Shown here one piece after another: positions 54,936-64,000 of a DNA stretch of 64,000 nt. Position 1 is the stretch's first letter. Every line of letters begins with the position of its first letter. Below the pieces are notes generated by a model that worked only from the letters and a program-made list of their open reading frames with translations, had not been told where the DNA came from and did no database searches. The DNA comes from an uncultured Anaerolineaceae bacterium (GTDB lineage Bacteria; Chloroflexota; Anaerolineae; Anaerolineales; E44-bin32). The translations under genes were made by a program, and so were the position numbers. The stretch covers positions 21,266 through 85,265 of the forward strand of contig CAYMCO010000015.1 in assembly GCA_964388955.1 (NCBI GenBank), in the 5' to 3' direction.

Positions 54936-57032
54936 TCAGTCCAGCAGCGGAAAGCGAGCGACAATCCGCGTCCCTCGGCTTGGCTCGGATTCCAGGGTGA
55001 ATTCACCTTGCAGCTCTTCGGCGCGTTCACGCATCGAATTCAAACCGATGCCGCCTTTCACATCATCGGAGAATCCGATCCCATCGTCGCTGACCTCCAC
55101 GCTGAATTCCCTCCCACCTCCGTTGCGTTGCACTTCAAAGGTGACCGTACAGTGCCGCGCAGACGCGTGGCGCGTCACATTGGTCAGGGCCTCCGTCGTG
55201 ATCCGATAGGCCGCAACTTCAACCGCAGCCGGAAGCCGAAGGGGGTCGCCATTCGGTGCCTGGACCTGGATCTGCATCCACGCGCCGCTCGCCGAATCCA
55301 GATTCAATCCAGCGGCGAAATCCTGCACCGCTCCGGCCAACCCGAGTTCGTCCAGCTCCGGCGGGCGCAGGGCATAAACCAGCCTGCGAATCTGGCCGAC
55401 GGTGGCCTCATTTTGAGCGGCCAGCTCATCCAACAGCTTGCGCGCGCTGCTCGGGTCGCTGTCCAAGAAATGACGAACCGCGGCGAGCTTCAAGCCCTGG
55501 CTTGCCAGCACCGGCCCGATGCCATCGTGAAGGTCGCGTCGCAGACGTCGTCTTTCTTCCTCTCGGGTCGTCACCAACCGGGCGCGGGATTGGCGCAGAT
55601 CCTGGGTGAGCTGCACGGCGCGCGCCGCGGGACCCGCCTGCCGGGCGATCTGGCGCAGCAGGCCTCGGTCCGAATCGGTCAGGGGTTCTCCGGGCGCACG
55701 CGCCGATACACTCAAGTATCCAATAGACTGACCCTGGTAGTGGATGGGGAATGAAACTCGTTCGTATCCTCCTGCCCCTTGCCTGGCGACACGTTCCAAC
55801 GTCCCCCCGCGTTGAAGCATAATCTCGCCGCAAGGGAGCTTCAGCGCCCCGACCACGGTTTCCACAATCGCCGGAAGAACCTCCTCTGGCGTGCCACTGC
55901 CCTCCAGGCGCTCTCCCAGGCGCCGAAGCACCGCCAGCGGCTCGTCCCGCTCGCCGTACAGCAGCCGATTCACCCCGCGCTGAAGCCGGCGGCGGAGGGG
56001 ATCAAAGAGCACCGCAACCATGGCGGTGGCAAGCAGCGGGAGGGCCACGCTTCCTTTTGACTGGAGGAACGATCCTATTCCGCTTACGAGCAGGACGTAC
56101 ACGCCCACGACCCCGATGGAGAGGGCACCATACACCAGAGTCCGGTTGATCAGCAGGTCGATGTCATACAGCCGGTAGCGGAGTACGGCGATACTGACCG
56201 CGATCGCGATGCCTATCGTGGCGAGATTCTGGACCGAAAACCCAAGCTCGGCAGCCAGCCGGCTATCCGAGACCACAAGGAACAAGGCCCCTTCAACCCC
56301 GAGAAGGAAGAGCCACAGGCCCAGCGCGAATACCATCCACTTCATCTGCTGGCGGGCGACGCCACTGGATCTCCTGAAGCGCAAGAACACGGATGCGAAG
56401 CAACCGAGAAAACCGACAGTCAGCAGCGACGCCGACAGGGCGCGCAGGGGGCCCCAGAAGGGCGATTCCACCCCGAAGGGGTTCCAGACGATACCCCCCA
56501 TCCCCTCCCACGAATCCGGAAGGAACGCGCTGACCGCTGTCGAAACCACGATTCCGACCGCCGTCGCCCACGCCACCGGCCGCCACCGGACCGAAGGCAA
56601 TCTGCCATCTGGGAACAGGAGCAGGAGGAATGTAATCGGAATCAGAGACCGGGGCGACCAAATCCATTGGGCCAGCCAATGCGACCAAGCGGGGGCGGGG
56701 ATCACTTCCCCGGGAGCCATCAAGCTCCTGTAGGCCAAGCACCCGATGTTCAGCATTTCGATTCCGCTGAGCAACCCGAGGCCGGCAAGCATCCAGGCGA
56801 TGGGGTGTCGAGGGTGGCGGGAGAGAACCAGCCCGCCCAGGCCGGCGAAAACCACCCCGCTCACAGGCACGGTCAGTTGATGGGAGAGCAGTCCCACCGG
56901 TGCGCCGGCACCGATCATGGCCAATGCGCCCAGCACGATCCCGGCCATGAGCAAGAGGGCGCTCAGTCCGGCGATCGACCAGGCCATCCATCTCGCCTTG
57001 CTCTCAACCATGTCCCGGCCCTTTGGATCCAA
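54936..57032 (-). CDS. membrane sensor histidine kinase (HisKA_3 type) with GAF-like domain
   Basis: A multi-TM N-terminus is followed by the H box RRLRRDLHDGIGPVLAS and an HATPase C-terminus (ITTEALTNVTRHA..., DDGIGF). The start is ATG 57032 or 57011. Confidence 0.85.
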   Translation of the reverse strand: MDPKGRDMVESKARWMAWSIAGLSALLLMAGIVLGALAMIGAGAPVGLLSHQLTVPVSGVVFAGLGGLVLSRHPRHPIAWMLAGLGLLSGIEMLNIGCLAYRSLMAPGEVIPAPAWSHWLAQWIWSPRSLIPITFLLLLFPDGRLPSVRWRPVAWATAVGIVVSTAVSAFLPDSWEGMGGIVWNPFGVESPFWGPLRALSASLLTVGFLGCFASVFLRFRRSSGVARQQMKWMVFALGLWLFLLGVEGALFLVVSDSRLAAELGFSVQNLATIGIAIAVSIAVLRYRLYDIDLLINRTLVYGALSIGVVGVYVLLVSGIGSFLQSKGSVALPLLATAMVAVLFDPLRRRLQRGVNRLLYGERDEPLAVLRRLGERLEGSGTPEEVLPAIVETVVGALKLPCGEIMLQRGGTLERVARQGAGGYERVSFPIHYQGQSIGYLSVSARAPGEPLTDSDRGLLRQIARQAGPAARAVQLTQDLRQSRARLVTTREEERRRLRRDLHDGIGPVLASQGLKLAAVRHFLDSDPSSARKLLDELAAQNEATVGQIRRLVYALRPPELDELGLAGAVQDFAAGLNLDSASGAWMQIQVQAPNGDPLRLPAAVEVAAYRITTEALTNVTRHASARHCTVTFEVQRNGGGREFSVEVSDDGIGFSDDVKGGIGLNSMRERAEELQGEFTLESEPSRGTRIVARFPLLD

Positions 57033-57475
57033 GACCTATCGATTTGATTTCGGTGAGTGCGATCCGCACAGTCCCTGATGTCCGGCCGGCAGACTCGGAG
57101 TTCTTCGGGGATAGAATCGCCAACCAAGATGCGGAGCTCGTTGATCCGATTTCACCATTATACAACCCTCGACACGGAAGAGGCGTGAAGAACTCAAGTG
57201 GGCGTCCCTTCAGATGGGCAAACGCTTCCTTTGGGCCCCTCTCAACCGGAGCCTCTCCTCCATATCCTCCGCTTGGAAACACTTCGGGGCACTGCTGATC
57301 GATGACAGGGGCGCGAATCCGGCAGGGTTGCTCAGGGCGACAGCCAAACCCTGTCCACCGATCGCGCCTCTCCCTTGAATTGTTTCCCTACGTGTTCATT
57401 TCCCTGTTCCACCTTTGGATTGACACACTCTCCCCACCGTCTTTCTCATCCGCATGGACAATTCGTCGCGGTTTG

Positions 57476-58078
57476 CTACCTTAGCAGGACGATCCCGATC
57501 AGCAGCAAGAGGGGTACGTACGGAAAAAAGGGGATCAGCCAGAACAACGCTGGCCGGATCAGCAAGACCACGGCCGGGACAATGGCAGCGCCGATGGTCA
57601 GGTAGGAGAGCCAGGGTGCGGCGTCTGCCTGCAAAAGGGCCAGGCCCAAGAGAAGTAGCCCGGCCAGGACGAGCCAGTTTCCATAGACGTGATAGTCCGG
57701 GTACTTCCCGCCAAGATACCCGGCCAGATCGAATTGCTGCGTATAGTTGACAAGGAAGTAGGCAACCGAGCCCAGCGCAACCAAGAGCGCGGCCAACGCG
57801 GCCGTCGTCGAGGCGCCCCTGCCCCGCAGATAGATGGCGAGCACGACTACGCCAGCGACCGAGAGGATAGACCAGAGGTAGAGCAGGCTCTTATTGATAT
57901 CGTAGCGCGTACGGTACCGCTCTACGAGCTGGAGACGCTCGCCAATGTCTTGGGTCTGATAGTAACCGGGGACGCCAAACGGCGCGGCGAGAATCATCGC
58001 CATGAAACTAGCAATCAATAGAATTGAGACCAAGCGCTGTGTATCCAACTGGGTCTCCATTTGAGATCTCCTTTGCAC
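57476..58078 (-). CDS. membrane protein, unknown function
   Basis: 200 aa with about 6 hydrophobic helices. No recognisable motif. Confidence 0.5.
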   Translation of the reverse strand: MQRRSQMETQLDTQRLVSILLIASFMAMILAAPFGVPGYYQTQDIGERLQLVERYRTRYDINKSLLYLWSILSVAGVVVLAIYLRGRGASTTAALAALLVALGSVAYFLVNYTQQFDLAGYLGGKYPDYHVYGNWLVLAGLLLLGLALLQADAAPWLSYLTIGAAIVPAVVLLIRPALFWLIPFFPYVPLLLLIGIVLLR

Positions 58079-58111
58079 GCCTAAACGTCTGTCATCGAAG
58101 GGCGTTTGTGC

Positions 58112-58369
58112 CTACATCACCCTGAGAATGAGCAAGATTAGACCAACTACACCTGCGGACAAGAGGCCTCCGGCGGCAGACCACATCCACCCATCTCGAA
58201 TGCGGCCCAGCAATATTCCGCCTGGGGTCCCCACTACTAAGCCGACGAACAACGAATAGACGAAGGTTGAGAAGAACGAGTAGGGGGCGCGAGTAGCAAC
58301 AGAAACAACAAGTGTGAGAATCGCCACGGCTGCCCATCCAATCAACCCATCAATCATCCATTTCTGCAT
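58112..58369 (-). CDS. small membrane protein (85 aa)
   Basis: GGAGGT lies 7 nt upstream of ATG 58369. MQKWMIDGLIGWAAVAILTLVVSVA... has three hydrophobic helices and Gly-rich turns. Confidence 0.5.
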   Translation of the reverse strand: MQKWMIDGLIGWAAVAILTLVVSVATRAPYSFFSTFVYSLFVGLVVGTPGGILLGRIRDGWMWSAAGGLLSAGVVGLILLILRVM

Positions 58370-58887
58370 CGTGATACCTCCATTGGCAGGTTCGTCCAGT
58401 ATGTGTGATCGCGATGATTCTGGCGGCACCCCTTTCTCATCGTAGCGGCCCTTGACGAAGCAAGACTGGGGAATTCTTCAAGGCTCCGGCCCCGCAGTTC
58501 GCCGGCGGGAGTCAGGTTGGGCGCCGGCGGATCTTCCGAGGGCGTGCCGGGGATCGGGCCGCCTGTGAATCCTGGGCCGTGGCACAGACTGCGCAGGCCG
58601 GCCAGGTACGCCCCAGACTCGGCCGTGACACCGCCCGCGGGAGGGGCCGGCCGCGGCGCGTCATGATCGATCGACTCGGCTGGAACCAGGAAATCCAATG
58701 GGCCGAGAAGGAATATCAGCCGGGGAAACAGGGCGAGTTTCAACTCGGGCAGTTGGTTGTCGCCCGGCGGGAGACTCTGGATGTAGGCCAGCAGGGCGCC
58801 CAGATCCTCATCGCTCATGGCGTAGCGCTGTTGGGCCGGATGGATCCCGGCCCCTAATAAGACCATCCCTGTCTCGTTTGGCTTCAA
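58354..58887 (-). pseudogene. decayed multi-domain cytochrome c remnant
   Basis: The end of one c-type domain is present (YAMSDEDLGALLAYIQSLPP). Then comes the start of another, with the CxxCH site degraded to RSLCH (GAYLAGLRSLCHGPGFTGGPIPG...APNLTPAG...SLEEF). After that the sequence is no longer protein-like. Confidence 0.35.
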
Positions 58888-59340
58888 TTACTGTAGCAGA
58901 CGATGCGACCGCTTTCACGGGGCCGTGGCCCCTTTTCTTGTCCCGACTGGATGGGGCAAACCGCAGGACATTGTCCTGGGCACACTCATCCGCGGGGATC
59001 GACCGAGCATCCGAGGTAGGGCTGGGCGATATGGGGAGCCCGTTGGAAGCGAATTGAAGAGAGCATACTCAACCTCTCGTGGCGGCAAAATCGCTCCCCG
59101 GTCCGCATCTTCGTTGGTTGGGTGACGCACCAGTGATTAATACTCCAAGCGGGGCTCTGCCTTTCGAATCTGGACCCGCTCTGGCCCGTCCACAAACCCC
59201 GATTGGCGCCTCGCGGGAAAGGGCGTCTATGTCGATGAATTGGGCACTTTCACGGGAACCGTCTGCTGTCGTCGATGAGCCAGTGCTTCCAGCAATCGCA
59301 GGTGGGGGTCGGTGTCGGCCTCAGAAGGAAAGCAAGCCAA

Positions 59341-62067
59341 CTAGCGATCGGGCAGCGCTGCGATGACGTAATCGTAGATACGGCGCTTGATGCGCAACTC
59401 ATTCAGTTCCGACCCCAATCTGGCTACTTCAGAATTCGAGGAAGACGGGCGCTCATTAATCGGCACCTGGGACGCGGCCAATTTGCCCTCATTGAGCAGA
59501 ACGGATAGCCGGAGCTCGTACAGCTCCCGTTTGAGCACATAATATGTGTGCTCGAGCGAATACCGGCTGGCTCCATGAGCCCGAGCCAGTTCCTCTTCGA
59601 CTTCAACCAGCCGAGCCTCCAATCGGGCGATCTGGCTTTCGAGCTGTTCGATAATCTGGGGGTCAGGTCGTGCCTGATTTGGTCCCACGCGCCAAGATGG
59701 CCATATGATCGGCTTGGATGACGATTTGCCAGGCATGGGGCTGATTTCAGGCGACGGTTCGGTGATGGCTGCGGTCGCGATCTTTTTGGCGGCTACCTGT
59801 GTGATCATCGTTTCGGGGTTTCCCCACACGTCTGTCTTGAGATATGCGCCCCCCAAAGGCTGTGTTCGAGGTGTCGGATTATAGAATCGAGCAAGCGCTC
59901 TCTGATGGTAGATATGCAGGCTGCTCAAAGGAAGGTCTGCGCGTAGAAACTGCCAGTTGCTTTGTTCCCCGGGTCCCTGATGATCGACGATTATTGGAGG
60001 GTTTTGGAAGCCTGCATTCAACCGATGTATGCTTATGTCATCTACGTCCACTTTGCCAATCATTACAGCGATCTCGTGCCTTACGAGACGTTCGCCGCGT
60101 GCGTCGGGAACATACATGTGCGGTCCCGCATCTCCAGCCCGGTGCTCGAGATCTGGCCTGGTCAAGAACTCAACAGAACGCCGCAGCGTGAGGGAGATCG
60201 CACCCTGGTTTCCGGCTCGGTAGGCATGCAGACCCTGGGCGAACACCACTGCCGACGAAAGGCTATCAGACACAGCCACATAATCCTGAAACGGAAACGT
60301 CTTTACTTCCTCTAGCTCTCGCTGCCCCAACAGTATTCTTTCCAGACCGGGCTCCAATTGTCGGGGCAGCAAATCCCGATCAACCGGGGGGCGATTGACC
60401 AAGTCGAACGGCATTCCGGCGTAAATGTCCCCATGATGGGCAGTATCGAAATTCATATCCACCCGAAAATTCGTCCCCCGGGAATCCAGGTCGATCCGCC
60501 AGCGCAGCAAGGGTGTTCGATCGAAAATCAAGCGGACCCTTGCTGAAACAAACACCGCGTCCCATTGCAGCGAGCACTCATACCGCAGTTCACAGTAGTG
60601 GGGATTTGCCCGTTCGACCACCATCGGACCGATGTTCCTGCATATCGCGCGGCGATCACCTTCCTCACAGGAGTAGGCATCGCCACTCTCTTCGGTCACG
60701 ACCAGGTATCCCAATCTTGCTTCACCTATCTGTACCATCCCATCCGGCCTGACCGTGGCCGAATAGTGATCATTTCGCCAATTGAAATCCTCTACCGCCT
60801 GGGATGGCGCATCCAGAAGCTCTGCCGGTCCAAGTTTCCAAACACCTACGCCATCCGTGCGGACAAGCCATACTCGATCGCGATCCGCAAGCCATCCCTC
60901 ATAATCGAAAGGGTTGGTGCCGACAGCGTAGTGACCCGCCGCAAAGCCTTTCAAGATGAAGGTCACCGAATCCAGAATGTCCCGCTTGGCCGCGGAGAAC
61001 AGGTTCCTGTAGCTGGACTCCATCTTTTCGTGCACCTGATCGATGCTGACCCCGCAGATGCAATCGTGCACGGAATTCTGCAGCAACTTGCGCCCCCAGG
61101 CTTCATACCGTCGGGCGTCGTAGTCTTTCCCCTTCAATCGGGCAAGGACCGCCAGGGGTTCACACAGGCCGTAGAGGATGTGTTCACAATCGCGGTGCAT
61201 TATTTTCAGGTAGGTCCTGGAGGACAACGTTCCGGGAAATGTAGCTCCATATTTGCCGGAGTCGAGCTCACCGGCAATGACAGGCAACCGCTGAAGTTTC
61301 GGCGCCAACGCGCTGACGAATTCATGGGGAGAGGATTGTTCTATCCGGATGTTCTCAGGGATGGCAGAGGCGTGTTGCTGGAAGAAACGGACCGAATCCT
61401 CCGGATTCCGCTCCAGATCATACCCGTCGAATAAGGGGATATCATCAGTGGGGTAGAAAGGTCTCAGTTTCGCCGTTTCAATCTCCAGCCGTCTGACGGC
61501 GAGCTCTGGCGTAAGGCTGACGCCGTACAAGTTCCGATAACCGCCAAATAGGTTGACGGTGAACAGATTTTCCCCATCAGCGCCTTGCCAGAAGAAATAA
61601 GGGTCCAATCGAGGGACGCCGCGCCAAACGAACGCCACGTCCACATTGAACAGACGGTGCAGTTGCGGTTCCTGGGAAACATGTCCAAATATATCAACCA
61701 GCCATCCGACGTCGGCACGATCGCCGCCGCCGTGCGCCCGCACGTCCTGCCAGCCGTACAGCAGGTTGCGAAGCAAGGTCTCACCCCCGGAAAGTCGCCA
61801 ATCCGGCTGACAATAATAGGGTCCGATAATCAGATTGCCATCCGCAACCATGCGGCGTATTCTGCCCTCATACGCGGGAGCGATGCCTAGAAGATCCTCA
61901 ACTATTAGGGTTTGTCCGTCGAGCAGGAATCTGAAATCCGGATTCTCGGCGATCAGTTCCTCAAGTGCCCCTATCAAATCCGGGATCCACTGACTCGTAT
62001 ACTCCGAAGTCAGAAACCACTCTCGGTCCCAATGGGTGTGGTTGATGACATGCACTGTTGTGCTCAT
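59341..62067 (-). CDS. glycoside hydrolase family 38 (alpha-mannosidase-like) with C-terminal coiled-coil tail
   Basis: MSTTVHVINHTHWDREWFLTSEYT is the GH38 N-terminal metal-site motif. Length is 908 aa. Confidence 0.85.
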   Translation of the reverse strand: MSTTVHVINHTHWDREWFLTSEYTSQWIPDLIGALEELIAENPDFRFLLDGQTLIVEDLLGIAPAYEGRIRRMVADGNLIIGPYYCQPDWRLSGGETLLRNLLYGWQDVRAHGGGDRADVGWLVDIFGHVSQEPQLHRLFNVDVAFVWRGVPRLDPYFFWQGADGENLFTVNLFGGYRNLYGVSLTPELAVRRLEIETAKLRPFYPTDDIPLFDGYDLERNPEDSVRFFQQHASAIPENIRIEQSSPHEFVSALAPKLQRLPVIAGELDSGKYGATFPGTLSSRTYLKIMHRDCEHILYGLCEPLAVLARLKGKDYDARRYEAWGRKLLQNSVHDCICGVSIDQVHEKMESSYRNLFSAAKRDILDSVTFILKGFAAGHYAVGTNPFDYEGWLADRDRVWLVRTDGVGVWKLGPAELLDAPSQAVEDFNWRNDHYSATVRPDGMVQIGEARLGYLVVTEESGDAYSCEEGDRRAICRNIGPMVVERANPHYCELRYECSLQWDAVFVSARVRLIFDRTPLLRWRIDLDSRGTNFRVDMNFDTAHHGDIYAGMPFDLVNRPPVDRDLLPRQLEPGLERILLGQRELEEVKTFPFQDYVAVSDSLSSAVVFAQGLHAYRAGNQGAISLTLRRSVEFLTRPDLEHRAGDAGPHMYVPDARGERLVRHEIAVMIGKVDVDDISIHRLNAGFQNPPIIVDHQGPGEQSNWQFLRADLPLSSLHIYHQRALARFYNPTPRTQPLGGAYLKTDVWGNPETMITQVAAKKIATAAITEPSPEISPMPGKSSSKPIIWPSWRVGPNQARPDPQIIEQLESQIARLEARLVEVEEELARAHGASRYSLEHTYYVLKRELYELRLSVLLNEGKLAASQVPINERPSSSNSEVARLGSELNELRIKRRIYDYVIAALPDR

Positions 62068-62264
62068 GGCATTCAGACGCGTTTCGATAGCATTTCAAGA
62101 ATGATTAGAGCTCAGGTTCTCTCATGCAAGCGGGGGCCAAGGAGCAGGTGCCAACACCTGCCCCAGACCAAATTGGCAGCCTCCGGGATTGACATGCAGC
62201 GCCATCTGAAAGCGATCTGAGGTGGAAAGAAATCCGGGGTCCGGGCACCTCAGTTCTTCGAAGT

Positions 62265-63086
62265 TCAGAATTCCCCAAACCGACCATAGAGTTCCGGCCG
62301 CATGCTTCGCAAGATGGGTTCCTGCATCCGCTCCTTGAGGATCAATGCAAGATCGATTTCCGCCACAAGCGCCTCCCCCTCCGTAGACGTAGCCCTCGCA
62401 ATGACCTCGCCCCGGGGATTGGCCACATGGCTTCGACCGCAGTAGGTAACCTCGCCCTCCCGCCCCACACGGTTGACGGCGACTGTGAAGATTTGGTTGT
62501 CTTGTGCCCTGGCACGCGTACGCAGATCGAGCAGATATTCATAACCGACGGGAACTGCCGAGGGGATAAAGACAATCTCGGCTCCCTTCAGAGCCAGGAT
62601 GGAAAACAACTGAGGAAACGCATGATCGAAGCAGACTGCGGCTCCTGCCCTAAAGCCGCCTAGATCGAAAACGGGAAGACGGTTGCCGTTGCGAAAATAG
62701 CGATGTTCCGTAGGATATAGGTGGGATTTGCGGTATTTCCCTACCAGGTGCCCGCTGGCATCGAGAAAAAAGCTGGTATCAAACAGCACTCCTTCTCGCT
62801 CGTTATCCTTCTCTACAATCGTTCCCACAATCGCAAGATTGCACTTCCTGGCTTGGGAGGCCATCGACTCGGTGGTTGGGCCGGGGATCGTTTCCGCCAA
62901 CTGGAAAAACCCATCGCCGATGAGATTAAGGTTATAGCCAGTGGTGAATAGCTCAGGAAAACAAGCGACATCGACGCCCGCATCGAGCTGATCGATATAC
63001 TCGTCCGCTCTCTGCAGATTCGCCTCCTTGTCCTGGAGCACACAATCCATCTGGACCAACGCCACATTCAATCGTTTCTCGGCCAA
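62265..63086 (-). CDS. carbon-nitrogen hydrolase (nitrilase superfamily)
   Basis: The E-K-C triad context is VACFPELFTTGY, KYRKSHLYPTE, GAAVCFDHAFP. Confidence 0.85.
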   Translation of the reverse strand: MAEKRLNVALVQMDCVLQDKEANLQRADEYIDQLDAGVDVACFPELFTTGYNLNLIGDGFFQLAETIPGPTTESMASQARKCNLAIVGTIVEKDNEREGVLFDTSFFLDASGHLVGKYRKSHLYPTEHRYFRNGNRLPVFDLGGFRAGAAVCFDHAFPQLFSILALKGAEIVFIPSAVPVGYEYLLDLRTRARAQDNQIFTVAVNRVGREGEVTYCGRSHVANPRGEVIARATSTEGEALVAEIDLALILKERMQEPILRSMRPELYGRFGEF

Positions 63087-63135
63087 CTTTCTACCTCCTC
63101 ATATCGTCAGAGAAGACCAGGATCTTGTATCCATG

Positions 63136-63336
63136 TTACTCTCGCCTCAGGAAACCATCGATCATGATATAGGTGGCAAGGAACAGGAGGAAAGATAGCG
63201 CGATCCTCCAGTGTATCAGCGTCTCAGATAGATAATGGAAAAGGAATACCGAGCCCCCGATACCGGCAGCCAGGCTCAAGGCCCCTCTCACAGCCCCCCT
63301 CCAACTCCTTTTCGAGATTCCCATCGATCCCTCCAC
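63136..63336 (-). CDS. small two-TM membrane protein (66 aa)
   Basis: A track ORF. It is hydrophobic (ALSLAAGIGGSVFLFHYL..., ALSFLLFLATYIMIDGF) and begins 3 nt after the upstream stop. Confidence 0.4.
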   Translation of the reverse strand: MEGSMGISKRSWRGAVRGALSLAAGIGGSVFLFHYLSETLIHWRIALSFLLFLATYIMIDGFLRRE

Positions 63337-63339
63337 CGA

Positions 63340-64000
63340 TCAGAGCAACGCTTTCCCTGATTTCCGCTCAAAGAGGTGGACCCTTTCTTCATCGAAGGAG
63401 AGCCAGACGCGATCACCGACCGTCAGATCATGGGTCAGTGCCCTTATTGCGATGAGCGGGGATCCCGCCAATTTCAGGTGGACATTGGATTCCTTCCCCG
63501 TAAGCTCCATGTAGGCGACCGTTGCCTCGAGGGCGTTCGCTCTGCGCTCCTTCGTAATCATGATGTTTTCCGGACGTATGCCCAAAACCACTCCCGACTC
63601 TGTCGTCTCATTCGTTATTTGTTTCGCGGCTTCCGGGAGTTCATAGATCCGGAAACCCAAATCAACGACCGGCCGCCCCTCTTTCTCCCCCAGCCTGCCT
63701 TCCAGCATGTTCATAGAAGGACTCCCGATGAACCCGGCGACGAATCTATTGCGGGGGTGATTATATAATTCTTCCGGCGTGCCCATTTGCTCCAGGTGGC
63801 CTTCGTTCATCACGGCGATCCGATCGCCTATGGTCATCGCCTCAATCTGGTCATGGGTGACGAAGATGGCGGTCACTCCCAGCTCCCGCTGCAATCTCTT
63901 CAATTCCACCCGGGCGCGGACACGCAGCTTGGCATCCAGATTCGCCAAAGGCTCATCCAGCAAGAAGATCTCGGGGTTCCTGACCATTGCCCTCCCCAGT
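63340..64000 (-). CDS. sugar-type ABC transporter ATP-binding protein (MalK/UgpC-like), 3' part; start beyond the right edge
   Basis: The frame is open to the window edge. It shows ...EIFLLDEPLANLDAKLR (Walker B/D-loop), VTHDQIEAMTIGDRIAVM (H-loop) and a C-terminal TOBE-like regulatory domain. Confidence 0.85.
   Translation of the reverse strand, partial: LGRAMVRNPEIFLLDEPLANLDAKLRVRARVELKRLQRELGVTAIFVTHDQIEAMTIGDRIAVMNEGHLEQMGTPEELYNHPRNRFVAGFIGSPSMNMLEGRLGEKEGRPVVDLGFRIYELPEAAKQITNETTESGVVLGIRPENIMITKERRANALEATVAYMELTGKESNVHLKLAGSPLIAIRALTHDLTVGDRVWLSFDEERVHLFERKSGKALL

Noticed and set aside
1-64000. Search for tRNA, rRNA, tmRNA, RNase P, riboswitch signatures and mobile-element genes
   Set aside because: I recognised no cloverleaf-like segments, conserved ncRNA boxes, transposase/integrase ORFs or long terminal inverted repeats by eye. 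A covariance-model scan (Infernal/Rfam, tRNAscan-SE) would be needed to be sure.

Overview
GC-rich bacterial chromosomal window with strong GGAGG-type Shine-Dalgarno sites. I found no rRNA, tRNA, CRISPR array, transposase or integrase. All family names come from reading the translations by eye; no BLAST or HMM search was possible. From 1 to 33.3 kb nearly every gene is on the minus strand. Content from left to right: (1) MarR plus an ABC exporter, a ketopantoate-reductase-family gene and CstA. (2) An unusual operon at 4.7-8.7 kb: two almost cysteine-free ArsA/Get3-type ATPases, two paralogous ~95-aa proteins with a near-identical PPYY-containing C-terminal block, a CPHC thioredoxin-fold protein and a TPR membrane protein, with no arsenic-resistance genes. 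(3) An accessory-looking block at 13-33 kb. It holds four diverged copies of a DUF4386-like membrane protein plus MDR-family quinone oxidoreductase module, with variable third genes. It also holds two paralogous ~920-aa MalT-like STAND/LuxR regulators, several decayed genes, and five well-conserved copies of a ~36-nt intergenic motif, all in the same orientation. I consider this motif plus module plus regulator set the most interesting candidate system. (4) A compact operon at 33.5-36.3 kb encoding an NrtR-like Nudix/wHTH regulator, a soluble SPFH protein and an NAD-kinase-fold protein, behind an AT-rich promoter carrying a palindrome. (5) Ordinary content: two two-component systems, a MacAB-type efflux set with adaptor, a class III adenylate cyclase, a LanFEG-like ABC-2 transporter, a TetR-controlled fifth DUF4386-like gene with two clear palindromic operators, Lnt, a methyltransferase, a GH38 mannosidase, a nitrilase-superfamily hydrolase and the end of a MalK-like ATPase. 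Many long ORFs in the track are antisense or alternate-frame shadows typical of GC-rich DNA and were not called.
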